DNA of 64,000 nt from Selaginella moellendorffii. Taxonomy: Eukaryota > Plantae > Lycopodiophyta. Where the stretch lies: NCBI RefSeq assembly GCF_000143415.4, contig NW_003314291.1, forward strand, positions 294,674-358,673, written 5' to 3'. The notes beneath the pieces are model-generated. The model saw nothing but the letters and a program-made list of their open reading frames with translations. It ran no database searches and was not told the origin of the DNA. Shown here piece by piece: positions 1 through 12,147 of this stretch (its first letter is position 1; every line of letters begins with the position of its first letter). The position numbers and the translations under genes are program-made.

Positions 1-724
1 TGTATATATATGTATATATATGTATGTATATGTATGTATATCTATGTATATCTATGTATGTATATGTATGTATGTGTATGTATGTATATGTATGTATGTG
101 TATGTATGTGTATGTATGTATATGTATGTATATGTATGTATGTGCATGTATGTATATGTATGTATATGTATGTATATATATGTATATGTATATATATGTA
201 TGTATGTGTATGTATGTATGTATATGTATATGTATGTATGTATGTGTATATATATGTATGTATGTATATATATATGTATGTATGTATATATATGTATGTA
301 TGTATATATGTATGTATGTATGTATATGTATATATGTATGTATATGTATGTATATGTATGTATATATATGTATATGTATGTATATGTATATATGTATGTA
401 TATATGTATATATATGTATATATGTATGTATATATGTATATATGTATATACATATATACATATATATATATACATATACATATACATATATATATATACA
501 TATATATATATATACATATACATATATATATATATATACATATACATATACATATACATATATATACATATACATATATATGTATATGTATATGTATATA
601 TGTATGTATATATATGTATATGTATATATATATGTATACATACATATACATATATATATACATATATATACATATATATGTATATATATATATATATATG
701 TATATGTATATGTATATATATGTA

Positions 725-786
<62 letters not shown>

Positions 787-808
787 TATGTATGTATATG
801 TATATATG
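1..808. repeat. Compound AT-rich microsatellite (TA)n/(TATG)n/(TACA)n
   Basis: Directly visible. The long Y/I/M/V/C ORFs over it are artefacts of a repeat with no stop codons. Confidence 0.97.
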
Positions 809-1228
809 TCTTCCTTATATAATGCTCATATTTCTAAATAGCATATAGATAGATAAATGTCATCCATGAAAATGAGAACCACCCCTAACTCTGTGCTGGA
901 AGTTCATTTGGATGCCACCAAATCACATCACTACTGTGTGGTAGCGACCATTCTGGCTTTGTCCTTTTCGTTTTGAGTGAGGAAGAGCCACAACTTAGCT
1001 CCGAGTTTTCCAGAGGGTTATTCAAAGTGATGCACGTTGAAACCTGCTTGCCAGTGGAGAGAACTTCGAGCGTCCAGAAAGAGGCTCTTCCGCTTAATGC
1101 CAACTCTGAGGTTTTCCTCCTGCAATCCCGAATATCATCACAGAAAAAAGAAAACAAAGAACGTACCAGCTCGATTATCCAGCTTTTCATGCTCTGCTTT
1201 GACGGCAGCTACAATCGTGCTCGCTGCC

Positions 1229-2886
1229 TTACAGTAATAGGACGACCAGTAACACAACGACCAGTTCTCTGGGATTACTTAGCACGGACGCTCCCAAAGA
1301 TACCGCTGCTGCACAGAAACAAGTTAAATCCTCGAGAATATGTTTCTTTTGACGAACTTACACAAGCGGCAGGGAATGCTGACGAGCTTTCCAGCGACGG
1401 GCTCAGAAGCGTTGAGAGCCGGATTCGCCATCTGGATGTCCGAGATGATCGTCGAGCACTTGACAGCAATCGATGGCAGCGTATCACCGTCCACGGCCTT
1501 GTAGGCAACTCCACAGGGTCCACAGCCAACGTCCTCGTCGTGGCAAGGAATGCTAAGAACGTCTCCAAACGCTACGTCGGCGAGCTTGATGTTGGTGGCT
1601 TCCTGGATACCTTTGACGCTCACGCCACAAACCCTCGCGACCGTGGCTAGATCGACTGCCACCAGAGGCGATACAGTAGATCCGCAGATGGAGCAGCTTC
1701 TCAGTGGAGCGGGAGAGTCCTCGCAGGGGATTGCCAAGCTCTGACCCGGGTAGATCACTCCATTCTCCGGTATGCCGTTTGCATAGGAGACCAAGGCCGG
1801 TGTCACGTTGCACAGCTTGGCTACGTCGAAAACGCTCGAGCTGTTCTTCACGACGATGGTGGTATCACAAAGGTGGCCGCTGCATTTGATCCCTGGAGCT
1901 GTCCGCTGCTTGCATGGGATCGTCAAACGCTGGCCGGGCTGGAGATCGTCCAAGTCAGTGGAAGGATTGCTGGCCTGGAGATCGATGAAGCCCACTCGGC
2001 ATTTTGCTGCGACTTGTCTCCGGCTCTCGTGAAGAATAGTGTAGGAATTCCCGCAAGGGCCACAGCTCGCGGTGGAGTTGCAAGGAATTCGCAGCTTCTG
2101 GCCTTGAATCATGGTGGAGTTGGAGCTGAGATGGAGGCCTGGATTCGCCAGCGAGAGCTCTTGGATCGAAGTTCCACAGTCCCTGGCAACTTGGTTGAGA
2201 GGTTCTCCGTTCGTGGTGGCCGTGTACTCGATCCCACAGGCTCCACAGCCAGTGAGGGCGATGGTGGCGTTGTCTGCCTCGCAAGGGATGCGGATGAGCT
2301 GCCCAGGGTAGACGTTCTCGAAATCGATGTCCCGGTTTGCCATCTCCAGCTCCGCGAGATCCATCCCGCAAGAGTGGGCGATGTCAAAGAGGATGTCCTG
2401 TTCCTTGATCACGTAGGAAGCCCCACAGGTGCCACAGTGCGCCGGATCACTGTTGCGGCAAGGAATTCGTAGCGGCAGGCCCGTGAGATTCGCGGTGGAG
2501 TTGATGCCCGGATTGGCGTCGGCCGCGTCGCGTAGCGAGATCTTGCAATATGCCGCGACCGATTCCAGCGTCTCGCCAATGCTGGCGGTGTAGTTCGTGC
2601 CGCAAGCTCCACAGGTCGCGTTGGCGATCAGCGGCGCCTCAACGATCGCCATCCCGGATGGATCAGGGAGACTGTCGAGGCCATCGCGACCTAGTATTTC
2701 GGGAGCTCTCGTCGTAGTGATCGCAAGAAGAGAAGAACGAGCGATTAGCATACCTGATAAGAATGCGGCATGGCCAGAGCCGCTCCAGATGAAGAGCAGT
2801 AGTCCTAGCAGCAGCAACGACGAAGAACGCGCGTTTCTTGAATCATCGCCATGGAGAATCTGGAAGAACAGCGAAATATCGTCCAT
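1229..2886 (-). CDS. Multi-LysM (7 LysM) extracellular protein with N-terminal hydrophobic segment and predicted spliced hydrophobic GPI-signal-like tail (exons 2886-1362, 1308-1229)
   Basis: Seven repeats of the type YxxxxGxTLxxIAxxCxxxxxxxxxANPxxxxxxxxxGxxLxIPC, most preceded by CxxC. A GTAAG donor at 1361 and TGCAG acceptor at 1309 (53-nt intron) give the in-frame ending SAVSLGASVLSNPRELVVVLLVVLLL*. Confidence 0.85.
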
Positions 2887-2982
2887 CGATCGCGGCTAGC
2901 TGGAGAAGAACCTGTGACGGCTAGAATGCGGCATCGATGCTGTGGTAGCGCCGAGCCGATCGAGAGATCGCTCGGTCGCTCT

Positions 2983-2985
<3 letters not shown>

Positions 2986-3014
<29 letters not shown>
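2986..3014. repeat. (GA)n microsatellite in the LysM/XBAT33 divergent intergenic region
   Basis: Directly visible. Confidence 0.95.
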
Positions 3015-3017
<3 letters not shown>

Positions 3018-3495
3018 TGGCAAAAACACAAGAACAAACAGTGATCGCGAGCAGTCGGATGGACATTCGGGAAGGAACCAAAAAGATTCGTTTTGTTCCG
3101 GAATGGGACAGCAGATAAGGCCATCGCCTGGAGATTCCTTCCCGGAATTTTAACGCTTTCTCGCTTCGTGCCACGAGAGAGGAACCACTTTAATTTATTA
3201 ATGCTCTTTGTTTGGTGAATCTGTTTGGCTAGGTAATGGCGGCTCAAGATGTGTGGAGTCGCCGATTTCCAGGGGACTAGGAGGAGCTCCATCTTCTTCT
3301 CCTCCTCCTCTTCCTCCTCGCGATCGCGATGCTTCTTGGCGGCCATCCGAGGCGCCGCGGATAGATCGATCGCGCGGCCTCCAAGCTGTTCTTATTGGGA
3401 ATTTCGCGCAGATGAGAGCGTTGGAGCTAGATTCGAGCTAGAAGCCGCCGCGGCAGCAGCTATTAGGGTAAGGATCCCCTCCCTATGAGGCAAGC

Positions 3496-5638
3496 ATGGG
3501 AATTTCTTTCGGCTGTTCTGCCTCGGGGGAGAGGTTAGTCTCCGCGGCTCGCGATGGCGACCTCGAGGAAGCGCAAGCGCTGCTCCAATGCAATCCCCGG
3601 CTTGCGAAGTACTCCACTTTTGGTGCCAGGAACTCGCCGCTACACTTTGCGGCAATGCAGGGTCACAATGAGGTTCGTTTCTTTCGCGAATTCGATCTAA
3701 ATCCTCATGTTGGGTCGGGATTTTGTTCCTTTTCTCTCGATTTAGATCGTAACTTTGCTGCTGGAGCATGGTGTTGATGTCGATACCAGGAAATATTGCG
3801 GCCAGGTAGATTTTTTCCTTTGTTTTTTCTTGTGTCTAATCTTCATTCCTTTCGATCTTTGTGGTTTTTGATGAATGGAGTAGACCGCATTGATGCAATC
3901 ATGTCGGCATGGTCACTGGGAGGTTGTCCAGACATTGATTCTCTACAATGCAAACGTAAGTGTTACTTTGCTTCCTCCACTGAATTAAATGGCGTGATTC
4001 TTCTCTCGATCTTGCTTTCCAGGTAAACAAAGGGGACTACCTTAACGGGTTGACGGCACTCCATTTTGCCGCACTCAATGGCCATGCACGATGCTTGAGG
4101 CTTTTGGTCGCGGACTACGTCCCAAGTGCTCCAAGCTTTTGGGGTCCACGAAGAAATCTGTCCGTGCCAGACCAGGGCCCCGATTGTGTAAGCGAAGAGA
4201 CGACGTCTTTGAGAAGGTACTGCCTAAAGTTTTCTCTTTTTTTTTTGCTTCGTACTGCTTTAAAACGAATCTCTTGGGTGTGTTGCTAGTTCTCTCCACA
4301 AGCTTATCAACAAGACTGCTGACGGAGGAGTAACAGGTCTTCATATGGCTTCCTTGAAGGGGCACGCAGAGTGTGTGCATCTGTTACTGGACTTGGGAGC
4401 CGACGTCTCGGCACTTACGTTCCAGTATGATACGACCGTCGACATGATAGGTGAGTCTTTCCTCATTAAAATTTGAGTGTTTAAACTCTTTTGCTTCTCT
4501 CAGGTGCGGGAAGCAGTCCTTTGCACTATGCAGCTTGTGGAGGGAGCATACACTGTTGTCAGGTTTGCTATGGCGTGTTTATGTAGCTCACGCAATTTTT
4601 GTTTCTGGCAGATGTTGTTAGCGAGAGGTGCTAACCATCTGGCAATAAATTGCAACGGGTACTCAAAGATAAGTTGGATCTGGATAGACGAATACTGATA
4701 CAGCTTCCACAGGTGGATTCCACAACAGGTTGCTCAGGTCTGGGGCCGGCATTGGCTAGATGGATTGCTTGCACCACGCTCTCAATGTCCAGTGCAGTCA
4801 CTTGGTTTGTCCCCGTTCCTGACTTCGCCTCTAATGAGCATCGTACAGATTGCAAGGTAAGAAGGTTTCAAATCTCGTTTCCACCTGACAAGTGTCTCTC
4901 CAGAGAATGCGGCTTGGGTGACATGAGCATTCTAGCGTCTGGAATGGACTCCTGTGCCGTGTGTCTAGAGAAAATTTGCACAGTTGCTGCAGAAGGTCGG
5001 TTGGGTGATTTTACTGAGCAGCCTGACGTATCTTCCCATATCTTACAGGATGTGGACACGAACTTTGTACAAGATGTGCTCTCTATCTCTGCTCGAACGG
5101 CACGAGCATGTCCGATCCAGCGGGAGCTGTTCCGTGTCCGCTATGCCGGCAAGGCATCGTCTCCTTCAGAAAGCTCCCTTCGGCTTCGCCTATCAAGGAC
5201 CTGACGAGATCGTCGGCACTGGGCCTCTGTACAACGTGCACGGTGGACGAGCCTGAAGCGCTATTTCCATCGGAGTTCTCCTGCAGGGCGGACAAGAGAA
5301 GCAGAGTTTTGCCGCTCTCCCCAGTCGGGAGGAGCGTTACGTGCACGGGATTCTCGACTATGAACCTCCCTTGCGGTAAATATGATCCAGCTCTTGCTAC
5401 TCCAGACCAGGCGGAGGCTCAAGAAACCCGAGATCACCATCCGGAGTGGTCGCTAGAGGGAGGATCTCACGAAGAAGCTCAAATTCCAGCTTCAGCTCCA
5501 GCGCCAGATCGAGCTACAACTCCTCGCTCCTTGTCCGAGTCGGCTCTGCGATCGAAATCGCCCAAGAGAGGCTGGCTCCAGGATTTTGTAGCGTGGAAGC
5601 AAAAGCACAATTGCTCCTCCAAGCCCGCCTCGAGTTAG
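3496..5638 (+). CDS. XBAT33: Ankyrin-repeat RING E3 ubiquitin ligase (XB3 family), multi-exon
   Basis: N-terminus [37 protein letters not shown] matches XBAT33. Ankyrin exons ([25 protein letters not shown]) and a RING (CAVCLE..GCGHELC..C..C..CPLCR) are separated by short GT-AG introns. Confidence 0.93.
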
Positions 5639-5939
5639 CGCCAAAAAATCAAATTTGAATGGAATATTTCTAGGGTTAAGGTTTGGAGTGACGATCGACA
5701 CGCATTGACTATAGCATGAACGCGCAAACGTGTTGGCTAAACACCAAACATTCGTAAGTATATCATTCACTCTGTTTACATATCTATTCGAGCAAAACAC
5801 AGAGCTTGCAATCACCAGTCTTGATCCCACGGGTAAGTCTGCTCAGCTGTCAACGAAGTTATTGGGTTTGCCAAGTCTGCCATTCATTGCGAGGACAAGT
5901 GCAGAGAGTTGGAAGATTCATTGATCCAAGCATCAGCTC

Positions 5940-6133
5940 AGATTGACCACTCCTCCAAGGCAATTGAAGGGCACTGCACAACATCAAACAGATCCAAAAG
6001 ATCACCAGATTTCCAGACATCATCTAACACCAGCAAGCACCTCTTCCCTGCAAGCCCCCTCCTCAATGTTTCATTTCTAATCCGACCTTCTAGTCTGATT
6101 TGTTTGGCAAGTTTGTCTGGCTTTGCTTCCACC
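5940..6133 (-). pseudogene. NB-ARC (NLR-type) fragment
   Basis: LAGKRCLLVLDDVW is the kinase-2/Walker B motif of non-TIR NB-ARC domains. No P-loop or LRR nearby, and a stop follows shortly. Confidence 0.65.
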
Positions 6134-6869
6134 TGAAAAGATGCAACCATAGTAAGTGCCATCGCCTCGCAAGCTCCACCTAAAGACTGAAGATGAACGC
6201 GTTGAGAAGATGAAAGAGAAGTATAACACGCAGGAAAAGAATGAGGAGTCCAAACCTGCACCGGGACGATCCCCTCCCTAGCTCTTCCCGCTCGATCGCC
6301 GCCCTGTGAAGTCTGGTCAAGTACTCCGACTCAAAACCTTCAAGCCGTGGTTGCGATGGTTGCGGTAAGTTGCATGGATTATTTTTTATTCTTTTCTGAC
6401 AACAAGGTTTTGATATATAGTCACTTTCTTCTCTTTACAAAAGTGCGCCTCAATAAAAACATAGAATCGAATCGCTCGAACAAAGAAGGCAAATAATTGG
6501 TTCGAGTGGAGTCACTCGAGCATCAGTAAGCTTGTCGGCTTCTTTTTCCTCTCACTTGCAGAATGAGGAGCAGAAAGTTTCTCCCGTGGCGGATCCAGAG
6601 AGAAGTTCTAAAAATGCGGTTGAATAATTAACGAGGCACAGTGCCAAGTTGAAAACTAAACCGCTTGAAAGAAGTATTTGGGAGGGATGTTTTGAGTAAC
6701 GATTTCGTGTAACTTTTTGAGATCTTTGTAGTACTATTTAGTGACAAGTGATCAATGTAAAGTCACGAGCGTGAACTCCTTTTAATTCGTTCAAGTTTGG
6801 TACATTTAGAGTCTTGAATACAAAGATTTTCATTCCTCTCTCATATTTCAAGTCTGTCGTCCTTAAACT

Positions 6870-7220
6870 TTCGACCTCAAGCGCACACGTTCATGAGTTG
6901 GGTCTTCATTTTACTCACTACGCAGTTCTTCTGATACTTTTGCTGTTTTGCCGTAAGTTGAATACTTCGTGCAGGAGATCTTTTTCCTGCAAGTGCCTCT
7001 GAAAGCCTTCGCCCGGGAGCCTTCAGAAGGCGTTAAGCACGAGGACAAAGCTCCCAAGACACTCCAGACCTGGAGGCCCATGACTCTCTTGGAGCTCAGC
7101 GTAGAAAGCAGCAAATTCCAAGCTGTGATGGGGTTTGCTCGTACCAAGAGTTTGATCTACGTGAGCACTGATGACAATCTGCCACAGAACCTTCATCGTG
7201 CTTGCCTCCTCCACCACTAA
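6870..7220 (-). pseudogene. Internally deleted partial copy of the adjacent IFRD gene
   Basis: Segments VLWQIVI..DQTLGTSKP, ITAWNLLLSTLSSKRVM, GEGFQRHLQE..LHEVFN and VSKMKTQLMN match 7431-8711, joined by deletions and frameshifts. Confidence 0.88.
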
Positions 7221-7430
7221 CGACTCTATTCCAGGGACCAGACGGACAGCGTGAGCAAAAGAATATAATTCGAATGAAATCGCTCAAGCACTAGTGGCTC
7301 CTTCAAGCTTGTCGATCTCAGGTACTAGAGTGAGGCTTCTTTTCCAGCAGAAAGTTTCTCCCATATGAAAATGGCGTGATGGTGTGAGGTTCTTTCTCAA
7401 GTTTAAAACATCTTATTAATTATGAACGCA

Positions 7431-8711
7431 CTAGAATATTTCAAAGCTATCATAGCTGAAGTTACGACTGGCCTCAAGGGCACATCTTCTTTGGTTCATG
7501 AGTTGAGTCTTCATTTTACTCACTATGCAGTTATGGTGCTTTTGCTGTTTTGTTGTCCCCTTGTAAACCACGGCATCACTTGGAACAAAGTTGAACACTT
7601 CGTGCAGGAGATTGTTTTCTTGCAAGTGCCTCTGAAAGCCTTCGCCCAGGAGCCTCCGGAAGGCATTGAGCTGCACGGTTTGGCTCCACGTACTGATCTT
7701 GAGCGAGTCACCATGCTTGAGCTTGAGACAAGTCTCGTGACATGCACCACCTTCGAGAATCGCCACCATGTCCCTGAAGCTGCTTCTCTGCTCGGATCTT
7801 TCTTTCTTTGTCTGGCCCTTCCGGCTGGAAGAGGCAGCCAGCGCTTTCATCTGATCCACCACCTGCAGCTCCATCGCCATCGTCTTCGTTGTTTCACCTT
7901 CGCCAAGAGCTTGCTGCAAGAGGTGGATATCGCCAAGTTCGCAGAGAAGAGCAATGGCTTCCCCGGCAGCCTTGCGAACACCTAGATCTGGATCCTCGAG
8001 CAACGAGGACAGAGCTCCCACGACACTCGAGAGCTGGAGGGCCATGACTCTCTTGGAGCTCAACGTAGAAAGCAGCAAACTCCAAGCCGTGATGGCGGCC
8101 GCCTTGACTGGAGGTGGGGGTTTGCTCGTACCAAGAGTTTGATCTGCGTGAGCACTGCCTTTGTGGATGACAATTTGCCACAGGACCTCCATTGCGTTTT
8201 CTGTGGACGCCTCAACGCCACCAACGAAAGTTAACATCCCGAGAGCCTCAATCGCTGAAACCCTCGCGGCAGAATCGCGTCCAAGCTTGGAACTCCTGGA
8301 GAGATGAGGGAAGCTAGCCTCGAATACGTGCTCGGCCACTTTCCCTGCTCCCGCGGTGATGGAAACCATGGCCAGAGCACGCCCCGCAAGAACAGCCTCT
8401 GTCGAAGAACTCTGCTTGATTGACGATAGGATTTGATGAGTCAACGTTTCATACTTGTCGTCGACGAAGTGGGTCATCACCCTCGCCCCCAAAGCGTCAA
8501 TCATGCCCTTCAAGCCGGCCTCTCGGGTGCTCGATCGCTTCTCGTACAAAGAATCCAGGCTTGCCTCCAAGTCGGAGAGTGTGGATGAAGAATCGTCGTC
8601 CATATGCTCCGTGTCACACTCGTGGTGTTTGAGTTTGTTATCCTTGTCTTCGGCATGCCTCTTGCACTTCTTTGACACTCTCTTTGACGATCGTACCTTA
8701 ACGCACTCCAT
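7431..8711 (-). CDS. Interferon-related developmental regulator (IFRD) family protein, intronless
   Basis: Motifs LDSLYEKRSSTREAGL, AAITAWSLLLSTL, AAGEAIALLCE, KKERSEQRSSFRD and LGEGFQRHLQENNLLHEVF. First ATG at 8711, with TATAAAA about 50 bp upstream. Confidence 0.9.
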   Translation of the reverse strand: MECVKVRSSKRVSKKCKRHAEDKDNKLKHHECDTEHMDDDSSSTLSDLEASLDSLYEKRSSTREAGLKGMIDALGARVMTHFVDDKYETLTHQILSSIKQSSSTEAVLAGRALAMVSITAGAGKVAEHVFEASFPHLSRSSKLGRDSAARVSAIEALGMLTFVGGVEASTENAMEVLWQIVIHKGSAHADQTLGTSKPPPPVKAAAITAWSLLLSTLSSKRVMALQLSSVVGALSSLLEDPDLGVRKAAGEAIALLCELGDIHLLQQALGEGETTKTMAMELQVVDQMKALAASSSRKGQTKKERSEQRSSFRDMVAILEGGACHETCLKLKHGDSLKISTWSQTVQLNAFRRLLGEGFQRHLQENNLLHEVFNFVPSDAVVYKGTTKQQKHHNCIVSKMKTQLMNQRRCALEASRNFSYDSFEIF

Positions 8712-8903
8712 CGCCCTTTTGCTGACAGGAAGAATGAGCACGCCCTAGTTCTTTGCGATATTTTATACTCGCAAAAGGAGCCTTAATTTAAAAGTCATAA
8801 AAAGGTAATTAATTTTAAACAATCAGTTAAGTAAATACTTTTTCTAATTGTTTTTTTTTTCCTGTTTATTCTCCGTTTTTTGTTTCATTCCGAGAGTGTT
8901 GCT

Positions 8904-9150
8904 ATGCAGGATATGAAAGGCACTGCTCAGGAAAAGATGGAGCAGGCCAAGGACTTGGCTTCGGACGCGTCCCAGAGGACGAAAGACAAAGCTGGCGAAA
9001 CCAAGGACCAAGCTAGTGGTATGCTCCAGCAGGTAAGGAAACAACCCTGGAATCAAAGATGTGGTTGAACAAGCCGCAGAGACGACTAAAGAAACGCTGG
9101 CTGGAACTAAGATAAGAGAGAGCATGCCTACTACGGACAACAAGGCGTAG
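8904..9150 (+). pseudogene. LEA (group 3-like) protein remnant, apparently frameshifted or lacking a splice acceptor
   Basis: MQDMKGTAQEKMEQAKDLASDASQRTKDKAGETKDQASGMLQQ, then GTAAG. The LEA-like continuation IKDVVEQAAETTKETLAG is in another frame with no clear acceptor. Confidence 0.6.
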
Positions 9151-9185
9151 AAAAAAATGCACACCTTTAGAAACTTGATCTCGCG

Positions 9186-10830
9186 TTAAGCAGGTCCTCC
9201 TGATTTAAAGGGCACCTGAAAACTTGGAGAACTGGTTCTGCCGTCGATTCCCTGCTTCTGTGATACAGGACCTTTAACTTGCAACCGCCAGTGGAGCACG
9301 GAGAGGAGGAGCCTCCAACATGAGAACCGGAGGTGGCGCGGTTGACGCTGCTGCTTTCTTTTGCTGTGTCGAAGCCACGAGACGGGGCGGAACAATCTCA
9401 ATTGCTGCCTTCCTCTGCCAGGTCCGCTTCCTTCTCCATGGAGAATTTGGTCGGGCGTATCTCCAGCGCTGAAGCAGTGACTTCAACGAAAGACTTCCGT
9501 GAGCCTGTGAATGAAAGTTCCATAGGAAACATTTGGAATAGAGCCCAGTTACTTACATATGCGTGAAGTGTCGCTTCTGCGATCATGCCAGTCCCTTGCC
9601 ATGAATTTTCTGATATAGCAGGATCTCCTAGAAGTGCGGCTGCAATGGCTGCTTCCCGACCATCCATCATGCAGCTGCATTAGCATATCTCTAGCAAAAA
9701 CAAAAAGGAAAAGAAGTGAAAAGCTTACTGTTAAACGGCAGCAAGGCTCAGAGAAAAATGTGCCCGAAGAACGGTAGGATCCAGAGCACCTTCGACAGCA
9801 GTAGTCACTGCCAGCTTCTTTAGCGCTTCAGTTGAGATCTCAGATTGAGTGGTGGCATCGGCGGCATCCACCAGCTCAAGAAATTCCTCAGAGAACTTCA
9901 CAATTTTCTCCTTCGTTGTCAAGGCTCATCACCTTTTGTTCCAGGAGTTTTGCTCTTGTTTAGCGTGACGAGGCATTGCAAAGCTCTCTCTTTAATTCCC
10001 CACCCTGCATCGCGAGGTCATACTCCAGCCTACAGAACAGCAAATCACTCAACAAAAGAAGCAAGAACCGAAATGCAAGTGACAAACCTCTTCGAAATGC
10101 CAGGCAGATCGTAGCATAGAGCAAGGTCTCTCGTCCAAGCTTGAAAGCGCTGCAAAACATGGAATGCCAGTTTAAAGCAAGTACTATCAGGATGACTAAG
10201 CTCGCCATTCCATACAGCATCGGTAGCCCCGGACACCACAAGCGTCTAAAAATTCAGAGAGTTAACTACGCTCTCTATCAATCCGAAAGCTCTAACATAC
10301 CTCCCGGCTAGACGTCATAAAAGTCATGAGACACACGACTGATTCCTTGTGGATCACAAACATATCACAGCGGCGCTTTGTTTCCCAGGATTTGTTTGGG
10401 AGCGTCCCGAGCACGCATTGTGATGAGATCCCAAGAAGATGGCTGTGTTCTCGCAGCAGAAAACGAGGAGCCAGAGCTACCCGAAGAACCGGGCGGAGAG
10501 AACTAATGAGCGTCTGCCGCAGCTGTCCAACTGATCCACCATTGCCAGAAGTGCACATCGTCATCGTAAAATCTGATGTGCTTCACACTGGCAAGGCAAA
10601 GAAGAACACCATTAGAACCAAGGAAAGCCTGTCACGCAAGACTTCATTACCTTGAATCGAGACCTGGATTTCGTATCCAAGAGATGCATCCAGAAATATT
10701 TTACCCGGATCTCCCTCGGGAGCTGTGCTCCAGCGAGGCGCTGCAGCATTGAGCCAAGACCTAGAAATCCCGAATCTATGAGATTTCCCGATTTCCCGAG
10801 CAAGAGCTCACCTGGCGATGCTCCCGAAAA
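9186..10830 (-). pseudogene. Decayed multi-exon coding-like sequence, family not recognised
   Basis: Coding-like composition with several GT/AG-bounded pieces, but interrupted frames. Confidence 0.25.
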
Positions 10831-12147
10831 CATAAATTAGGGCATTTTATAAAAAAAACCTGGGGCGAATCAAAATTATTAATTGGACTCGTATAACAGT
10901 CCACTTTTACATTTACCTGTCTGATAATAAAATAACATATTATGTACTTAAACCAAAATCCATGGCGCATTTTCAATGCTCGAGGCTGGTGCTTCGTACT
11001 TGACACAACCCCTTTGCGGAGGTCAAATCTAAATTGGTCGATCTTGCACTTGATTGTTGAGCCCAAAAAGCACAATTTTTTCAAAAAAAAGAGCAAAAAA
11101 TATGGGGAGTATATATAATCATAAAATATATCACAGAAGAAGGCATCACATGCCTTATGTGTCATTACACTAATCGCATCACCATATATCAATGCCACTT
11201 CCTTAAGTTGATAGATACGCTCTCCTGAGTTTGCTCTAAATCCCCAAGCTGATTCAAGCAGAATATATGTCATGTCTTCTCAAGCACAGGTTGGTTTCAC
11301 CATTCACCTCCACTGCCTTGCAAAGAAACTTGAGCACCGCACCAAGCACCAGCGTGCTTATTCTGTGATCCGGGAATCGAGCAGAAAAGTCCCTGGTACT
11401 GATGGCGTGGTTGTGGGCGAGCGGAGATTCAAGCGTCCTCCGCACAAGGTGGGGTGCTGGATTTTTTACGGGACAGCTATGGGCAAGACACTGACGGGGA
11501 TGCACTTGTGGACGACACTCTGGAGGCCCTACGAACTAGGTCCACTGATCTTGATTTGCATGGATTAATTTGTTTCTGTTACCTAGGCCCTTTTGTTGTT
11601 TGTGTGCTTCTGATTGAAGTGGCGTGTTAATCATTTCTCAATGCTCGATTTCTTCAATGTTTGTCCGATTTTGAAGGTTGTGTGGTTTTTCTTTTCTAAC
11701 AATTGACGTGGTGATACCAGGTTCCCATAAGATGCAGTTGTCGAAAAGCTTTTTGAGCTATACGGGGAAAAGGGTGCAAAAGGCCGGGACCGGAAAATGT
11801 CCATGGCTTGAACTGATCGGCCGCTACTTTAGCATTCATGGACATGATGAAACATATGATGTACTTTTGCGAGGCTCAGTGAGGATGTATTCTCCATCCG
11901 AATGCAACTGCGAGCCCTGGATAGGATACTAGATCATGGTAAAGGACTAAGTTGTACTCCAAAGACGCATGCCATGTCCATAACGTCTTCCTGTGGAAGG
12001 TGCTGGCCTAAGGGCTCACGCTTGGAGAGGTTGCGCCAGTTTTGTGTCCACCCTCGACTTCCCAACGTCTCCCCCGGGAATGCAATCATCCCAATGAAAA
12101 AAAGAAGTCAGAAATAGGACCATCCCGCCAAATCGCGTTTAGCCGCT

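Noticed and set aside
10-848. Five long ORFs of Y/I/M/V/C/H/T
   Set aside because: Translations of a microsatellite with no stop codons.
973-2899. Plus-strand ORFs (225 aa, 199 aa etc.) overlapping the LysM gene
   Set aside because: Antisense shadows of GC-rich coding sequence with no motifs.
11150-12120. Coding-like plus-strand stretches
   Set aside because: No consistent frame or recognisable motif, so I could not support a call.
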